64,000 nucleotides of DNA. Source: a virus (Duplodnaviria; Caudoviricetes). The notes under the pieces are model-generated. The model was not told the origin of the DNA. It did no database searches and saw nothing but the letters and a program-made list of their open reading frames with translations. This document shows, piece after piece, positions 20,241 through 30,391 of the stretch. Location of the stretch: IMG/VR virus record IMGVR_UViG_3300025875_000016, positions 2,634 to 66,633 of that record. One strand, written 5' to 3'. Within the stretch, counting starts at the first letter, position 1; the number at the start of each line of letters is the position of its first letter. The position numbers and the translations under genes were made by a program.

Positions 20241-20408
20241 TTAGCTCCCTGAGGCTGTGGCTGGAGGTTTGGGTTCCATTGGAAGATACCAGTAGAACTC
20301 CACTTTCTTCTCCGGGTTAGCTTCAGCTTCTGCCAACCGCTCCCGGAGAAACTCTGCTGTCATCACCAGCTTTCGGCGGGTGAAACCTACTCGGTTCGGA
20401 TTGCTCAT
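20241..20408 (-). CDS. Hypothetical protein, 55 aa (not in ORF track)
   Basis: Manual translation: MSNPNRVGFTRRKLVMTAEFLRERLAEAEANPEKKVEFYWYLPMEPKPPATASGS. ATGA overlap with upstream gene. Confidence 0.55.
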   Translation of the reverse strand: MSNPNRVGFTRRKLVMTAEFLRERLAEAEANPEKKVEFYWYLPMEPKPPATASGS

Positions 20409-20746
20409 TGGATCGTCTTCTGAGCCTCAGGCTCATCCTTGACGTCGTTGAACTCTTCCTCGCTCATGAGCCCAAGATAGCTCGTGCCTAGGAACACGAT
20501 GTCTAGCAGGTGCTCCGGAGCTATATGGAACTCGTTGTTCAGACGGATGAGGCACCCCTTCCTTGCTTGGTTCAGCACGGAGTAGGAGATGACCTTCTTG
20601 TTGTTGGTGAAGACCACGTTCATCCGCTTGGCTTTGAGAGCAGGCTCTTCGCCTTCCTCTTCGACCCGGAGGTAGGTCGCCTCGATCGTCCCCATCCAGT
20701 AGTGGGACTTGGATACGTCCCGGACTTGGTTGCGACTCGAACTCAT
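20405..20746 (-). CDS. Hypothetical protein (N4 gp41-like position)
   Basis: 113 aa; overlaps the polymerase stop; synteny. Confidence 0.65.
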   Translation of the reverse strand: MSSSRNQVRDVSKSHYWMGTIEATYLRVEEEGEEPALKAKRMNVVFTNNKKVISYSVLNQARKGCLIRLNNEFHIAPEHLLDIVFLGTSYLGLMSEEEFNDVKDEPEAQKTIQ

Positions 20747-23373
20747 TCTGTCTTTTCCTTTGGGTTCATGTGGGCCTCAGCGAGAGCCACGATCTCGTCT
20801 TCGGTCGCCCCATTGGGGATGACCAACTCGTCTGCCCAAGTGGGCCAGAAGATGCTTAGCTCTCCTTCGAGCTTCACATCAGGGTGGGTGATAGCTGGAT
20901 GATGCTGCCAGCCAACAGCACGAACCAGAAGCTCATTTACGTAGGCAATGACCTCTGCGTCGTTCCGGATGATGTAGTAGGAGGCATCGTGGATTTGAGC
21001 ACAAGGCTTGATGTCCAGTCGGAACTTGCCCATCCGGACTTGAGCCATGAACTCTGAGGCTGCCCGAGTGTTCAGCAAGCACCAACTTTGACCCAAGGCG
21101 TTACCTGCTGATCGTCCCTCTGCCTCTGCTTCGAACGGGGTCTTCCTCGTACCAAGAATGGTTTGGCGAAGCAACGGAGTTCTGAGCTTGAGACCGAATG
21201 CGACGGTCACAAAGCCATCCTTCCCAGCCTGTTTGAGCTGGTCAGCAACCCAGTCGTCAGAGACCTTGTAGAGTTCGTGGTACGCCTTCTCGATCTGCTT
21301 GGCCAACTCCTCGCTGAAGCCGTTGTTGTTCATCAGAGTGATGTACGTACCCTGATAAGTGAGGGCAAACGTCGGCGTCTTGGATAGCTGGCGAAGCTCT
21401 GGGTAAAGCTTCTTGATCGAGTTCACGCTCTTCGGGTCTGTCGGGTCGATCGGATGGGTGATTCGGTTCCCGAAGTAGAACAGAGCCCTCAGGCAGTGCC
21501 CATCGAAGCCGTCTGTGTAGACCTTCAGCTTCATGGGGTCCTTGGTGGTCAACGCACTGATACGATCTTCCAGAGCGTTAAAATCCAGCCCTCCGAAGAG
21601 CCAATCGTCGAAGGCCCGGAAGCACTTCTTGATAAGCTTAGCGTAGCGGGAGCCAGTGGCTGGGAGGTTCTGAAGGTTAGGTCCGTTAGAGGACAACCTA
21701 CAGCTTACTGTGCCACCAAGGTTGAAGAATCCGCAAAGGTAGTAGTGGCCATCCTCTGCCATCGGTGCCCGCTTGAAGGCGGGGATGAAGGTGGACAGGA
21801 TGATCGCTACAGCTTTGTAATCTATCAAGGCTTGGAGGAACTCCTTGATAGCTGGATCGCCCGTATGGTTGATGAGCTTCTCCAAGGTATCCTTGCCAGT
21901 GGCCGGGAGCTTGGAGTCGGTGTAGTCTAGGACCGGAAGGTCTAGGAAGTCTTCGTCGTATAGAAGCTCCTGAAGCTGAGGAGCTGAGTTGGGATTGAAG
22001 TCTACGTTCTCATCTACCTCCGGGTCGTTGAGAGTGATCCGCTTCTTCTTGAGCTTGTGGTTCCGCTTGTCCACGTACTTGAGCTTCAGTTCGTAGATGT
22101 AGGACTGAACCACGGAGGTCTGCATCATGACGTCGATGGCGTCTTGAGCATCCTTCTCAAGAATCTTCTCGGCTCTGAGAACCTCATCCATATCCAAAGG
22201 CAAGCCAGTGAGCTGCATCTGGATGATGTCTGGGACGGCTGGCCTGAGGATGTCGTCGTAGAACTCCTCCTGCCCGTCGTCGATCATGGTCTGCCAGTGC
22301 TTCTCCAGCACGAACCAAGTGGCGAGACCGTCGATGAGGTTGTATTCGAGTAGCTTATCCAAGGGTATCTTGCGGACGTCTGCGATCTCTTCGACCGCAT
22401 AGTCCCCGGTGAACTCTTGGCTCTGGTGCTTGAGTCCTAGCTTGTTACCAGCCATGGTGTTAGTGGCTAGGTAGGTAATAAGCTTGGTGTCCTCCCAGTT
22501 CTTTAGGAGAACTTCGAGCCCATATAGTAGACCTGCGGTATCTAGCAGACCTTCCATGAAGAGCTGGTAAACCAGCACATACACATCATAGGTTATGTTG
22601 TGGTAAACAAACTTAATGTCCCGGCGAGCAGCCTCTTCGAAGAACCAGCGAAGGAGGTCCCTACGCTCTTGGTTCACGGTTTGCTGTCCGTAGAATCCCT
22701 CTGGAGACCTCTCCCCGAAGGGTTCGTAGTCTACAGGGAATGCGATCCCCTCATGCTTAGTCCAGCAAAAGGTGATTGTCGCTATGCCTGCATCGTAGTG
22801 CTTGAGAGCGAAGCCCTCGATATCACACGTCAGGACTTTGTGGTTGTCGAGTAGGTGCTGAAGCCAGCCCCTGATATCTTCCAGCTCAGTAGGATAGGAA
22901 GCCTTATGGATAACCCCTTGGCCGGGATCAGTGTACGTCCCATCCATATGCGTTCTCAGAGCGTAGAATGCCTGAGTGATTTTGACCTTCACCTTGTCCG
23001 GGTCGTAGAATATCTGCTGGAAGTTGGGGCAGTAGATGACCTTGAAGTCGCCAACGCCATCAAGGACATACCCGGCGTGGTTGTCTACCGTAGACTGCCT
23101 TGTGATAGTCTTGAAGTAGTCCCCGTCGCATACGATGAGGTATTTCACTCCGAGGTCCATCAGAGTCGGTAGTAGCTCTTCGAGATACTCCTTCTGATGG
23201 GCCACGGAGGTCTTCTTGCCGGTCTTATCCAGCGAGTAAGCAATCACCTTGTCGGCTATGTCGGAGACGTAAGGTAGGTAGTGCCGTTCGATCTCATGAC
23301 GGACGAGACGAGGCACCAAGATGGCGACCTCATACTCGGTCGGCATGGGTTCTACGAAGGTGAGATAGTGCAT
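20743..23373 (-). CDS. DNA polymerase, family A (N4 gp39-like)
   Basis: Exo motif CDIEG; GLDFNALEDR (A), RQLSKTPTFALTYQG (B), QIHDA (C). Start MHYLTF has a GAGGG RBS. Confidence 0.95.
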   Translation of the reverse strand: MHYLTFVEPMPTEYEVAILVPRLVRHEIERHYLPYVSDIADKVIAYSLDKTGKKTSVAHQKEYLEELLPTLMDLGVKYLIVCDGDYFKTITRQSTVDNHAGYVLDGVGDFKVIYCPNFQQIFYDPDKVKVKITQAFYALRTHMDGTYTDPGQGVIHKASYPTELEDIRGWLQHLLDNHKVLTCDIEGFALKHYDAGIATITFCWTKHEGIAFPVDYEPFGERSPEGFYGQQTVNQERRDLLRWFFEEAARRDIKFVYHNITYDVYVLVYQLFMEGLLDTAGLLYGLEVLLKNWEDTKLITYLATNTMAGNKLGLKHQSQEFTGDYAVEEIADVRKIPLDKLLEYNLIDGLATWFVLEKHWQTMIDDGQEEFYDDILRPAVPDIIQMQLTGLPLDMDEVLRAEKILEKDAQDAIDVMMQTSVVQSYIYELKLKYVDKRNHKLKKKRITLNDPEVDENVDFNPNSAPQLQELLYDEDFLDLPVLDYTDSKLPATGKDTLEKLINHTGDPAIKEFLQALIDYKAVAIILSTFIPAFKRAPMAEDGHYYLCGFFNLGGTVSCRLSSNGPNLQNLPATGSRYAKLIKKCFRAFDDWLFGGLDFNALEDRISALTTKDPMKLKVYTDGFDGHCLRALFYFGNRITHPIDPTDPKSVNSIKKLYPELRQLSKTPTFALTYQGTYITLMNNNGFSEELAKQIEKAYHELYKVSDDWVADQLKQAGKDGFVTVAFGLKLRTPLLRQTILGTRKTPFEAEAEGRSAGNALGQSWCLLNTRAASEFMAQVRMGKFRLDIKPCAQIHDASYYIIRNDAEVIAYVNELLVRAVGWQHHPAITHPDVKLEGELSIFWPTWADELVIPNGATEDEIVALAEAHMNPKEKTE

Positions 23374-23380
23374 GAGTCCC

Positions 23381-23890
23381 TCAGAAGATGAGCTTGTTGA
23401 CCGTGTAGTAGTCAGCAATCTCCATCGCCTTCATGAACTGAGGCTTCAGCATCGGATATTCTTCCAAGATGAAGCCGGGCTCACGGAGACGCTCCAGTGC
23501 CCGTAGCTGGGGCACCTCACGGATGAAGATTTCGGGGAGCACATCCCTCACTTCTTGGAGGGTGTTGCACTTTGGGACCACTACAGAGAGGGATTGTCGG
23601 AGCTTCTGCTCGTCGTGCTCGACCTTCCTAATCTCTTCGTACAGTTCAGAGGCTTCTTCATTAAGGGCCGGGAGGACGTAGGGCAAGGTCTGTCCGTTCT
23701 GGAATCGTTGGTCAGCTATGCTAAACCTCATATCCAGATAATAGAAACCTAGCTCCTCGCCCCCTAACCCATGGTTCTTCTTGACTAATTCGGCCTTGGC
23801 CTTCTTCAGTCGGTTCTTCTCGACCCCCATGAGAGACTCCATGAGGGGTGGGATAAGGGGTAGGTAGGGATGGATGGGTGATCTACCCAT
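23381..23890 (-). CDS. Hypothetical protein (N4 gp38-like position)
   Basis: Start reassigned to MGRSPIHP behind AAGGAGG; lies between helicase and polymerase. Confidence 0.7.
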   Translation of the reverse strand: MGRSPIHPYLPLIPPLMESLMGVEKNRLKKAKAELVKKNHGLGGEELGFYYLDMRFSIADQRFQNGQTLPYVLPALNEEASELYEEIRKVEHDEQKLRQSLSVVVPKCNTLQEVRDVLPEIFIREVPQLRALERLREPGFILEEYPMLKPQFMKAMEIADYYTVNKLIF

Positions 23891-23901
23891 TGGGTCCTCC
23901 T

Positions 23902-25200
23902 TTAGCTGCGGTTGAACTTCCCGGTCAGCCTCCCGTAGAGGTACAGTCGGGTGGTGGGTCGTGAAGCAGCCACGTAAACCATCCGAGCTACCTGATCCGC
24001 ATCGAAGCACTTTGCGTCGATGTTGGCCAGATCGCAGATGACCCATTCGTATGTAGAACCTTGGGCCTTATAGACGGTAGCTGCGTCCTTCTGACGAAGG
24101 TCGGGGTAGTTCTTCTTCAGATGCCAGAAGGTATCCCACTCTCTTCGGCTCGCATAATACTTGCAGAGCCTCGTGTAGTGGGCTGGGTCGGTGGGGATGG
24201 AGACGACTAGCTCGAAGTATTCGCTGCCACCTGTGGCCCGGATACGGATGTCGTAGACCTCCATGGTGGTGCCACTGGGTTTGTCGATCTCCTTGTCGTA
24301 GGGCTGCTTGACAATCTCCATGACGCGGAACTGCTGTTCCACTCGCATCATGATCTTGCCGAACTCGATTCCGTTGTTGTTGACGAGAATCTCCCCCGGC
24401 TGGAAGACGTCTGGATAGCCTCGGACCTCACGGATGTACTCGTTATATTCTTGCACCCTAGCATTGGTGTAGCAAAGAATACGAGCGTTGATGTCCTCGT
24501 CTACAAACTGATTGTCTAGTAGGTCTTTTAGCTCTACATCTCCGATGTAGTCGATGACCCCCGGCACTTCGATGATAGGTTTGAAGATGCCAGTCTCGAC
24601 CGTAGCTCGAAGCTGGTTGCAGAGAGCCATGAGAGCTGGCTGTCCTGCGTTACGCACCGGCTGGGTGAGAGCAACGAAGTGTCTTGGGTTCTGGTAGATG
24701 GGAGAGATTATCTCCCCTACAGGAGCCATCTGGCAATGGTCGCCCACGTAGATGATCTTGCAGGTATCATCCATGAACTTGTCGATGAAGCCCTTGAGGA
24801 TCGTGTCGATCATGGATGACTCATCCACGAACAGAACGACCCCAGTATGAATCACTGAGGCTCCAGTAGTCTCCAGCTTGTAGGTCCCCTTCTTGAAGTC
24901 CTCGCGTACCTTGAGACCAAGATACGAGTGGACCGTCATAACATCCTCACCTGTAGAGTTCCGGAGGACTTCGGCTGCCTTGTTGGTAGTGGCAGTGAAC
25001 TGGAACTTGTTCAGCCTGATGGGGATACCCAGAAGCCTACATCCATTCCGGTACTGTTCCATGATGTTGTCAGCGATGTGCTGCATCATGAAAGTCTTGC
25101 CGACGCCAGCAGGACCGGTAAGGATAAACTCCTTATCTTCACTCAGTAGAAATTGAAAAACAGCCTGAGCGGCTGCTTCTTGACCTTCGTTAAGTTGCAT
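23902..25200 (-). CDS. Dda/RecD-like SF1 DNA helicase (N4 gp37-like)
   Basis: GPAGVGKT, VDESSM, VGDHCQMAPV, TVYKAQGST, YVAASR. Confidence 0.92.
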   Translation of the reverse strand: MQLNEGQEAAAQAVFQFLLSEDKEFILTGPAGVGKTFMMQHIADNIMEQYRNGCRLLGIPIRLNKFQFTATTNKAAEVLRNSTGEDVMTVHSYLGLKVREDFKKGTYKLETTGASVIHTGVVLFVDESSMIDTILKGFIDKFMDDTCKIIYVGDHCQMAPVGEIISPIYQNPRHFVALTQPVRNAGQPALMALCNQLRATVETGIFKPIIEVPGVIDYIGDVELKDLLDNQFVDEDINARILCYTNARVQEYNEYIREVRGYPDVFQPGEILVNNNGIEFGKIMMRVEQQFRVMEIVKQPYDKEIDKPSGTTMEVYDIRIRATGGSEYFELVVSIPTDPAHYTRLCKYYASRREWDTFWHLKKNYPDLRQKDAATVYKAQGSTYEWVICDLANIDAKCFDADQVARMVYVAASRPTTRLYLYGRLTGKFNRS

Positions 25201-25262
25201 CTCTGGTTCTCTTTGTTGAGGGTATCATCCACTGGCCTAGCCTTGGTGGAGTCTCCCTTGGT

Positions 25263-25454
25263 TCAGCGTACCCGCTTGAGCTTACGCTCGTGGTCCTCGC
25301 GGCAAGACGAGTCGCAGTAGCGACCCTTCTCGATTGGTTCATTGCAAGAAAGGCATGAGCCTGAGAACGGGATTGGTTGCTGGGCAGCTTGGCGAGCTAG
25401 TGCTCGACTGAGAAACATCTCCTGCTTCTCGTTAGCCTCGTCAATTATATCCAT
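25263..25454 (-). CDS. TraR/DksA-like C4 zinc-finger protein
   Basis: From MDIIDEA (DxxDxA) with CLSC...CDSSC; 63 aa. Confidence 0.7.
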   Translation of the reverse strand: MDIIDEANEKQEMFLSRALARQAAQQPIPFSGSCLSCNEPIEKGRYCDSSCREDHERKLKRVR

Positions 25455-25507
25455 AGCTTCTCTCTGAGGTTTAGTGGACGAGGAGTCGTACCCCATACTC
25501 TCCAAGT

Positions 25508-25538
25508 AAAAAAGCCCCCAGCTTTCGCTGGGAGCTTT
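25508..25538 (-). terminator. Intrinsic terminator after rIIB
   Basis: + strand AAAAAA-GC..CCCAGC-TTTC-GCTGGG. Confidence 0.7.
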
Positions 25539-25596
25539 AACCGCCCGCATCAGTCCTCGACCGGAGGGAGAGGACACGCGAAGCGGGGAGGGCGAA

Positions 25597-27336
25597 CTAC
25601 TTCTTCTTGGCGTGGCCGAGCTTCTCTAGAGCGTTCTCGATCTCATTGATCTCGCCCGTCTTGAAGCCCAGCACGTCCCAGCCCTTCTTGGCTCCACGCT
25701 TGAAGTCATAGAGGTTCTTCAGGTCTCCCGGAAGCTGGCCCTTGTGCCAGCGATCGTAGAGGACCCGAGCCTGCTCCTTCTTGGAAGGTTTGACGTTGGC
25801 TTGAACACCAAGGTCAGAACCCTTCTTCACTGGGGCAGGCTTGGCCAGTTCTTGATCTGGAGTCTGCACCACAGGTTGCACAGTTTCCGCAGCAGGCCCG
25901 GCTTCTTGGGGCTCGCCGTTCTCAGCAGTTGCTTGGCTGCCCGTCTCTTGCTCAGTCGGCTCATTGGCCGCCTCCTCATTTCCTGATTGGGTGTCTTCGG
26001 CAACGATGGTGCTCAGGCGAGCACGAATCTCTGCGGGAGTAACCTTCTCAACTTCGGTCTGAGCATCTTGGAGGGTGCCAAGGGGCTCATGATCCATTAC
26101 CTTCACCGGGGCAGATTCGGTCGGCTCGGAAGCCTTCACGTTGTTCTGCTTGGTGGGGATGATGGTGGTCTTGTCGGCTGCCTGATCCAGAAGGGTAACG
26201 GTCTCAGTGACGGGGACGTGGTTCCCGGCGAGGATGTCACCCAGAAGCTGAGCCATCGCAGTAATCGTGGTCATCGGCTTGCCGCTACGGACAAGCTGCT
26301 CAGCTTCCTTGGGAAGCTCAGCAACGATGTGGTAGCCGCAGACTCGGACCTTGCTTGCATAGCCCGAAGGCACAGCGATAAAGTCTTCAGGACGAATCCG
26401 ACAGAGGACGATGACGTCTCCACCGAAGTTGCCCATGTAGTCGCGGCGTCCAATATGGAGACCATAACTACAGTCGCGGTTCCTAGAGGGGTCCACCAGC
26501 TTGGGGTCCATCTGAACCATGGAGCCAATGGTCTGGGAGACCCGACCCGAGTGGACGTCAGCGTAACGTCCGTCAGGCCGCTTCTTCAGGGCCTTGTAGC
26601 CGATAACATCCCCATTGCTAGCAATGGGAAGGTCGCCTTTCTCAAGGAAGCTGAGGAGGTCCTGAACGGTGTGGCCACGCTGGTCGATGATCGCCCCGAG
26701 ACGACGCAGGAAGTTCTGCATCCCCTCTACAGAATCATTCTTTACGGCATGGGCAAACTGGGTCTCCAGTTTTTCCATCTCGGGAATGATCTTGGTCTGA
26801 CGTTCCATCACCTTCTGCACGTCAGCGATGACGGCTTCAGGTTGAGGCTGGGGCACCGGCTTGTTCACAACCGGCGAGGAGATACCACTGGTAAGTACCT
26901 GCTTCTCAGCCTCTTGGATAAGAGCCTCAGGACTTGGCATATCCACGAGAGCCACGATAGTCTCAGTAGGATGGACATTTAGAGTGGAGGTCTGTTGACC
27001 ATACTGCTCGATGTCCTCGACCGTTGGGTTCTTCGCCCCCTCTTGGGGGGCAAAGATGTTGGCGACAAGGCTCTTGGCCACGCGGAAGAAGCGGGTCAGT
27101 CGTCCCGTCTTCTGCTCGAACTCCCGGTGAGCTTGGAAGCTGCCGAGGTCGATGATGGAATCACGATGGCGAGCCACGTCCGGAGTGATCTGGTCAATGA
27201 TCTCGCGGGTCCGGAAGTGGGTGTTCTGGAGAACGTAGGTGTTCCCCTTCGTATCGTAGAGGGTGATGTTGTGCTCATTCACGATGTAGGCGCGGATGGC
27301 GACTTTCCCCTCGGGGATTTGGTCACTCTGGTTCAT
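25597..27336 (-). CDS. rIIB: rIIB-like protein
   Basis: LPIASNGDVIGYK...CSYGLHIG...KVRVCGY; adjacent to rIIA. Confidence 0.85.
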   Translation of the reverse strand: MNQSDQIPEGKVAIRAYIVNEHNITLYDTKGNTYVLQNTHFRTREIIDQITPDVARHRDSIIDLGSFQAHREFEQKTGRLTRFFRVAKSLVANIFAPQEGAKNPTVEDIEQYGQQTSTLNVHPTETIVALVDMPSPEALIQEAEKQVLTSGISSPVVNKPVPQPQPEAVIADVQKVMERQTKIIPEMEKLETQFAHAVKNDSVEGMQNFLRRLGAIIDQRGHTVQDLLSFLEKGDLPIASNGDVIGYKALKKRPDGRYADVHSGRVSQTIGSMVQMDPKLVDPSRNRDCSYGLHIGRRDYMGNFGGDVIVLCRIRPEDFIAVPSGYASKVRVCGYHIVAELPKEAEQLVRSGKPMTTITAMAQLLGDILAGNHVPVTETVTLLDQAADKTTIIPTKQNNVKASEPTESAPVKVMDHEPLGTLQDAQTEVEKVTPAEIRARLSTIVAEDTQSGNEEAANEPTEQETGSQATAENGEPQEAGPAAETVQPVVQTPDQELAKPAPVKKGSDLGVQANVKPSKKEQARVLYDRWHKGQLPGDLKNLYDFKRGAKKGWDVLGFKTGEINEIENALEKLGHAKKK

Positions 27337-27338
27337 GC

Positions 27339-29705
27339 TCAGCCTTTCAAAGCTTCAAGCAGTAGCTTCTTCGCTACCTTAGATGCGGGCAACTTAGACT
27401 TGATAACCTCATGGATAGTAGCGAGGTCCAAAAAGCCCAAGGCAGGGTTCTTCTCAACCTTCTCGATGATCTTCGACTTCGCTTGGTATTCTTCCACTAC
27501 CTTATGTGCCTTCTGGTAGAGATTCCTAGCCATATGAGAGAACCCATAGTTCATCCAGAGGGTGAGGACGTTGGCGGCTGCGATTGTCTTCGGATCGTTG
27601 ACGTAGCTGATGCCGACGAGTGCTCCGATCTCAGGATCAAGTTCACCAATCTTGCTGAGTAGGCTGATGTCGGAGGAGAAGGTAGGACTCTGGTAGGCCA
27701 GATACTCTACCAACTTTGAGGTAGGATCGTCCAGCATAGTTTCCACTGTCTCTACCAAGAAAGGCAGAGCCAGTTGAGTCTTGTACTTGTCCCTAAGGGT
27801 GAGGTATGTCCTCTCGGATGACACCACTACAATATCTGGTACAAGTTCGAGAGCAGCCTCCAAGTTGTAGTTCCGCCAGCCATCAAGAGTCCGCTGGTGA
27901 TCCCTAGTTGCCTCATGGAAGCAGACCGTAGGATGTAGAACCCTCTTCTTTCCCGTTTGGCTCAAGTGGCCCGGCTCGTAGCACCCATACTTGTCCAGAG
28001 ATTCTGAGAGCAGGAGGTAGCCCTTGTCCTTTTTGACGACTGGCGTCGTCTTCTTTGGCATCAGCACTGTGCGACTAGTGCCGTCATAGACACTATAACC
28101 AGCACGCTCCAGAGCGTTGATGATCCGCTCCTTCTGGCCCTTCTTCCGGGGCTGGTAGACCCCAATGAAGGGGCCTTCTCGCCCGTGGGCACGAGCCTCT
28201 GCAAGCAGATCATCTTGGTTCATAGCGACCACGATGAAGCTGTCGTTAATGGGACCTGAGTGAGTCTCCATGTTGAAGTCTGCAAAGGGAGTGAACTGGC
28301 TACGCCCATAAGACCTAGGTTTAACGTATCGAAGTTTCTCGGCATCCTCCTTGCGAAGGAGGTTCTCAATGGTGGTCAAACGGTAGTGGTTCAGTGCCCA
28401 GTAGAGCATATCCCCACGATTGTAGTACCGCCAACCCACATCTTTCACTCTGCGGAGCATCCTGATCTCAGTAAGACGCTTCTTATTGGGAGCGTATCTA
28501 GCCAAGGCTTCGAAGATAGCTGCTCGCTGGATGGTTGGATTGATGTAGGTAGGGCCACGGAAGTCGGTGGTCTTGGCCATCAGGAACCGCTTGATATCAT
28601 AGAAACTGGTACTGTAGTGGCCAAGGGTATCTACGAGTCTACCAATGTTATGGAAGCTCAGATTGTATGCGAGCTGTGCCCAAGTATTGTCGTTGATGTT
28701 GGACTTGCTCACCTCCCGACCTGCCAAGTCGGCTAGATCGTAGAAGATGTGAGTAGAGTTTACAGCTTTATACTTGTTGAGAGCTTCCTCCATGATGGTC
28801 TTACAGGTGTTCTTGGTCATCTCCGTCATGGACAGAGACTCTCGGCTGGGAGTTACGCTGATCTTGTTGGGGGGAGCCTGAAGCACCAAGATGTACTTGT
28901 TGTTCAGGGTTAGTCCCTTGAGAGAATTGTAGACTCTGGAATAGTATTCCTCGTCCGGCACCGGATAGATAACCGTACCATAGCGGACCCAGATACCTTC
29001 CGGTCCAAGCTGGAATTGTCCCATATCCGGGCTTTCCCGAGAGATGAGCATCGCCCCGTCAGGGGCCGAAGAGAAGGGAAGACGAGGAAGAGGCATTCCG
29101 TTCAGCTTGACGTTCATATCCCCGAAGAGCGTGATCTGATGGATCAGCCTCTTGAAGACGAGGACGTCTTGAGGATGCTTGATGGGGATAACCACCTCAA
29201 GCCCAGAGTCCTTGGTGGGAACACTAACCACCGTCCGGAAGTCTGGCTTTCCTTGGGTCTCTACGGAGCCCCGAGAGATAGCATAGACCGTTTTCACGCC
29301 CTGATGCTGAGATGTGACCGTGAAGTGGTCGGTGTAGGCGAAGGGTGCCTTCGAACCAAGGCCGAAGCCTCCGTTCTCTTCTCCGTTGTGAGACTTGGTG
29401 CTGTTCCCATAGACGCAGTAGATCGGGCCAATTACCGCATCATGGATACCAAAACCATGGTCCTTGAAGACCAGCTTCTGGTCATCGAGCATGATCTCGA
29501 CGGGGATATCAGTCCGCATGGAAGCGATGTGAGCATCCCAAGCGTTGCAGAGGACTTCCCGAACCACGGCCATACGCTTATTAGAATACAAAGCGTTAGA
29601 CAGAAGCTCGAAGAACTCAGCGGTATCACTCATGCCGAACGCTCTCACGTTCTGGCCTCCCACAACAACGTGGGACTTAGCTTCTTCGATATGAGTAACT
29701 TGCAT
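27339..29705 (-). CDS. rIIA: rIIA-like protein (GHKL ATPase N-terminus)
   Basis: LSNALYSNK..AVVREVLCNAWDAH, DHGFGI, GGFGLGSKAPFAY. Confidence 0.9.
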   Translation of the reverse strand: MQVTHIEEAKSHVVVGGQNVRAFGMSDTAEFFELLSNALYSNKRMAVVREVLCNAWDAHIASMRTDIPVEIMLDDQKLVFKDHGFGIHDAVIGPIYCVYGNSTKSHNGEENGGFGLGSKAPFAYTDHFTVTSQHQGVKTVYAISRGSVETQGKPDFRTVVSVPTKDSGLEVVIPIKHPQDVLVFKRLIHQITLFGDMNVKLNGMPLPRLPFSSAPDGAMLISRESPDMGQFQLGPEGIWVRYGTVIYPVPDEEYYSRVYNSLKGLTLNNKYILVLQAPPNKISVTPSRESLSMTEMTKNTCKTIMEEALNKYKAVNSTHIFYDLADLAGREVSKSNINDNTWAQLAYNLSFHNIGRLVDTLGHYSTSFYDIKRFLMAKTTDFRGPTYINPTIQRAAIFEALARYAPNKKRLTEIRMLRRVKDVGWRYYNRGDMLYWALNHYRLTTIENLLRKEDAEKLRYVKPRSYGRSQFTPFADFNMETHSGPINDSFIVVAMNQDDLLAEARAHGREGPFIGVYQPRKKGQKERIINALERAGYSVYDGTSRTVLMPKKTTPVVKKDKGYLLLSESLDKYGCYEPGHLSQTGKKRVLHPTVCFHEATRDHQRTLDGWRNYNLEAALELVPDIVVVSSERTYLTLRDKYKTQLALPFLVETVETMLDDPTSKLVEYLAYQSPTFSSDISLLSKIGELDPEIGALVGISYVNDPKTIAAANVLTLWMNYGFSHMARNLYQKAHKVVEEYQAKSKIIEKVEKNPALGFLDLATIHEVIKSKLPASKVAKKLLLEALKG

Positions 29706-29733
29706 TCTTGATTCCTAGATTTGGACGCTCGGG

Positions 29734-29931
29734 TTACTCTGCGAACCCGGCTTCATCCATGAAACGGTTCTTGTCGAAGTGGCTGTTACCATCGTGGCAG
29801 TAGTCAGCGACGTTGGAAGCAGCGATCTTCAGGGTGAGGTACGCTGGCTTGTCAGTGGCTTCCGAGAGGTGATCTGTTACTTCTCGGAAGCACTTGGCCA
29901 AGGCGTTATAGTCCTTGACTCTGAGGGGCAT
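29734..29931 (-). CDS. Hypothetical protein, 65 aa
   Basis: Start reassigned to MPLRVKDY (GGAG RBS, follows the upstream stop). Confidence 0.55.
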   Translation of the reverse strand: MPLRVKDYNALAKCFREVTDHLSEATDKPAYLTLKIAASNVADYCHDGNSHFDKNRFMDEAGFAE

Positions 29932-29932
29932 T

Positions 29933-30391
29933 TCACTCCGACCTTTGGGATGGTGGGTTGAAGGTTTCCTTATAGGCACGAGGAGGTTCTACCCTGCGTC
30001 CGTCCTCTAGGTTCCAGTGGACGTTGTGGCAGAGGGTTACAGCATTCCATAGGATGTGATCCGTATGGAGTAGACCGGTTTCACGGTCTCGATCCTCTCC
30101 CCTAAGATACGCGAACGTATGTCGGAGGAGAGAACCAAGGAGCTGGACTCTAGGGAGTCCTTTCGACCAGTTCCAAGCGTCATACTTCTTGGCTCCAAAC
30201 TCAGCTACCCGAGCATATGAGTCAGTAAGTTCTTGGAATGGAATGAGGTCATACGGGAGGACGTTGAGCTTCTCCCGTTTGGCTCCAGACTGAGCTTCCG
30301 GCTGCGAGAATTTTGTATTATCCAGAGTAGATGCTGATTTCCGAGGGAACGCTGGTCCTCCCAGAACCTCGTCATCGAACTGTCCCATCAT
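29933..30391 (-). CDS. dATP/dGTP diphosphohydrolase-like protein (DUF5664)
   Basis: FGAKKYDAWNWSKG...SLLRH...GEDRDRETGLLHTDHILWNA pattern. Confidence 0.7.
   Translation of the reverse strand: MMGQFDDEVLGGPAFPRKSASTLDNTKFSQPEAQSGAKREKLNVLPYDLIPFQELTDSYARVAEFGAKKYDAWNWSKGLPRVQLLGSLLRHTFAYLRGEDRDRETGLLHTDHILWNAVTLCHNVHWNLEDGRRVEPPRAYKETFNPPSQRSE

Noticed and set aside
20743-23373. Possible intein or intron in polymerase, helicase, NrdJ, terminase or vRNAP
   Set aside because: Lengths are near those expected for N4-like orthologues, ORFs are continuous, and no splicing or homing motifs were seen.
23891-24046. Upstream extension of ORF 23381-24046
   Set aside because: Overlaps the helicase 3' end; a strong AAGGAGG RBS defines the start at 23890.
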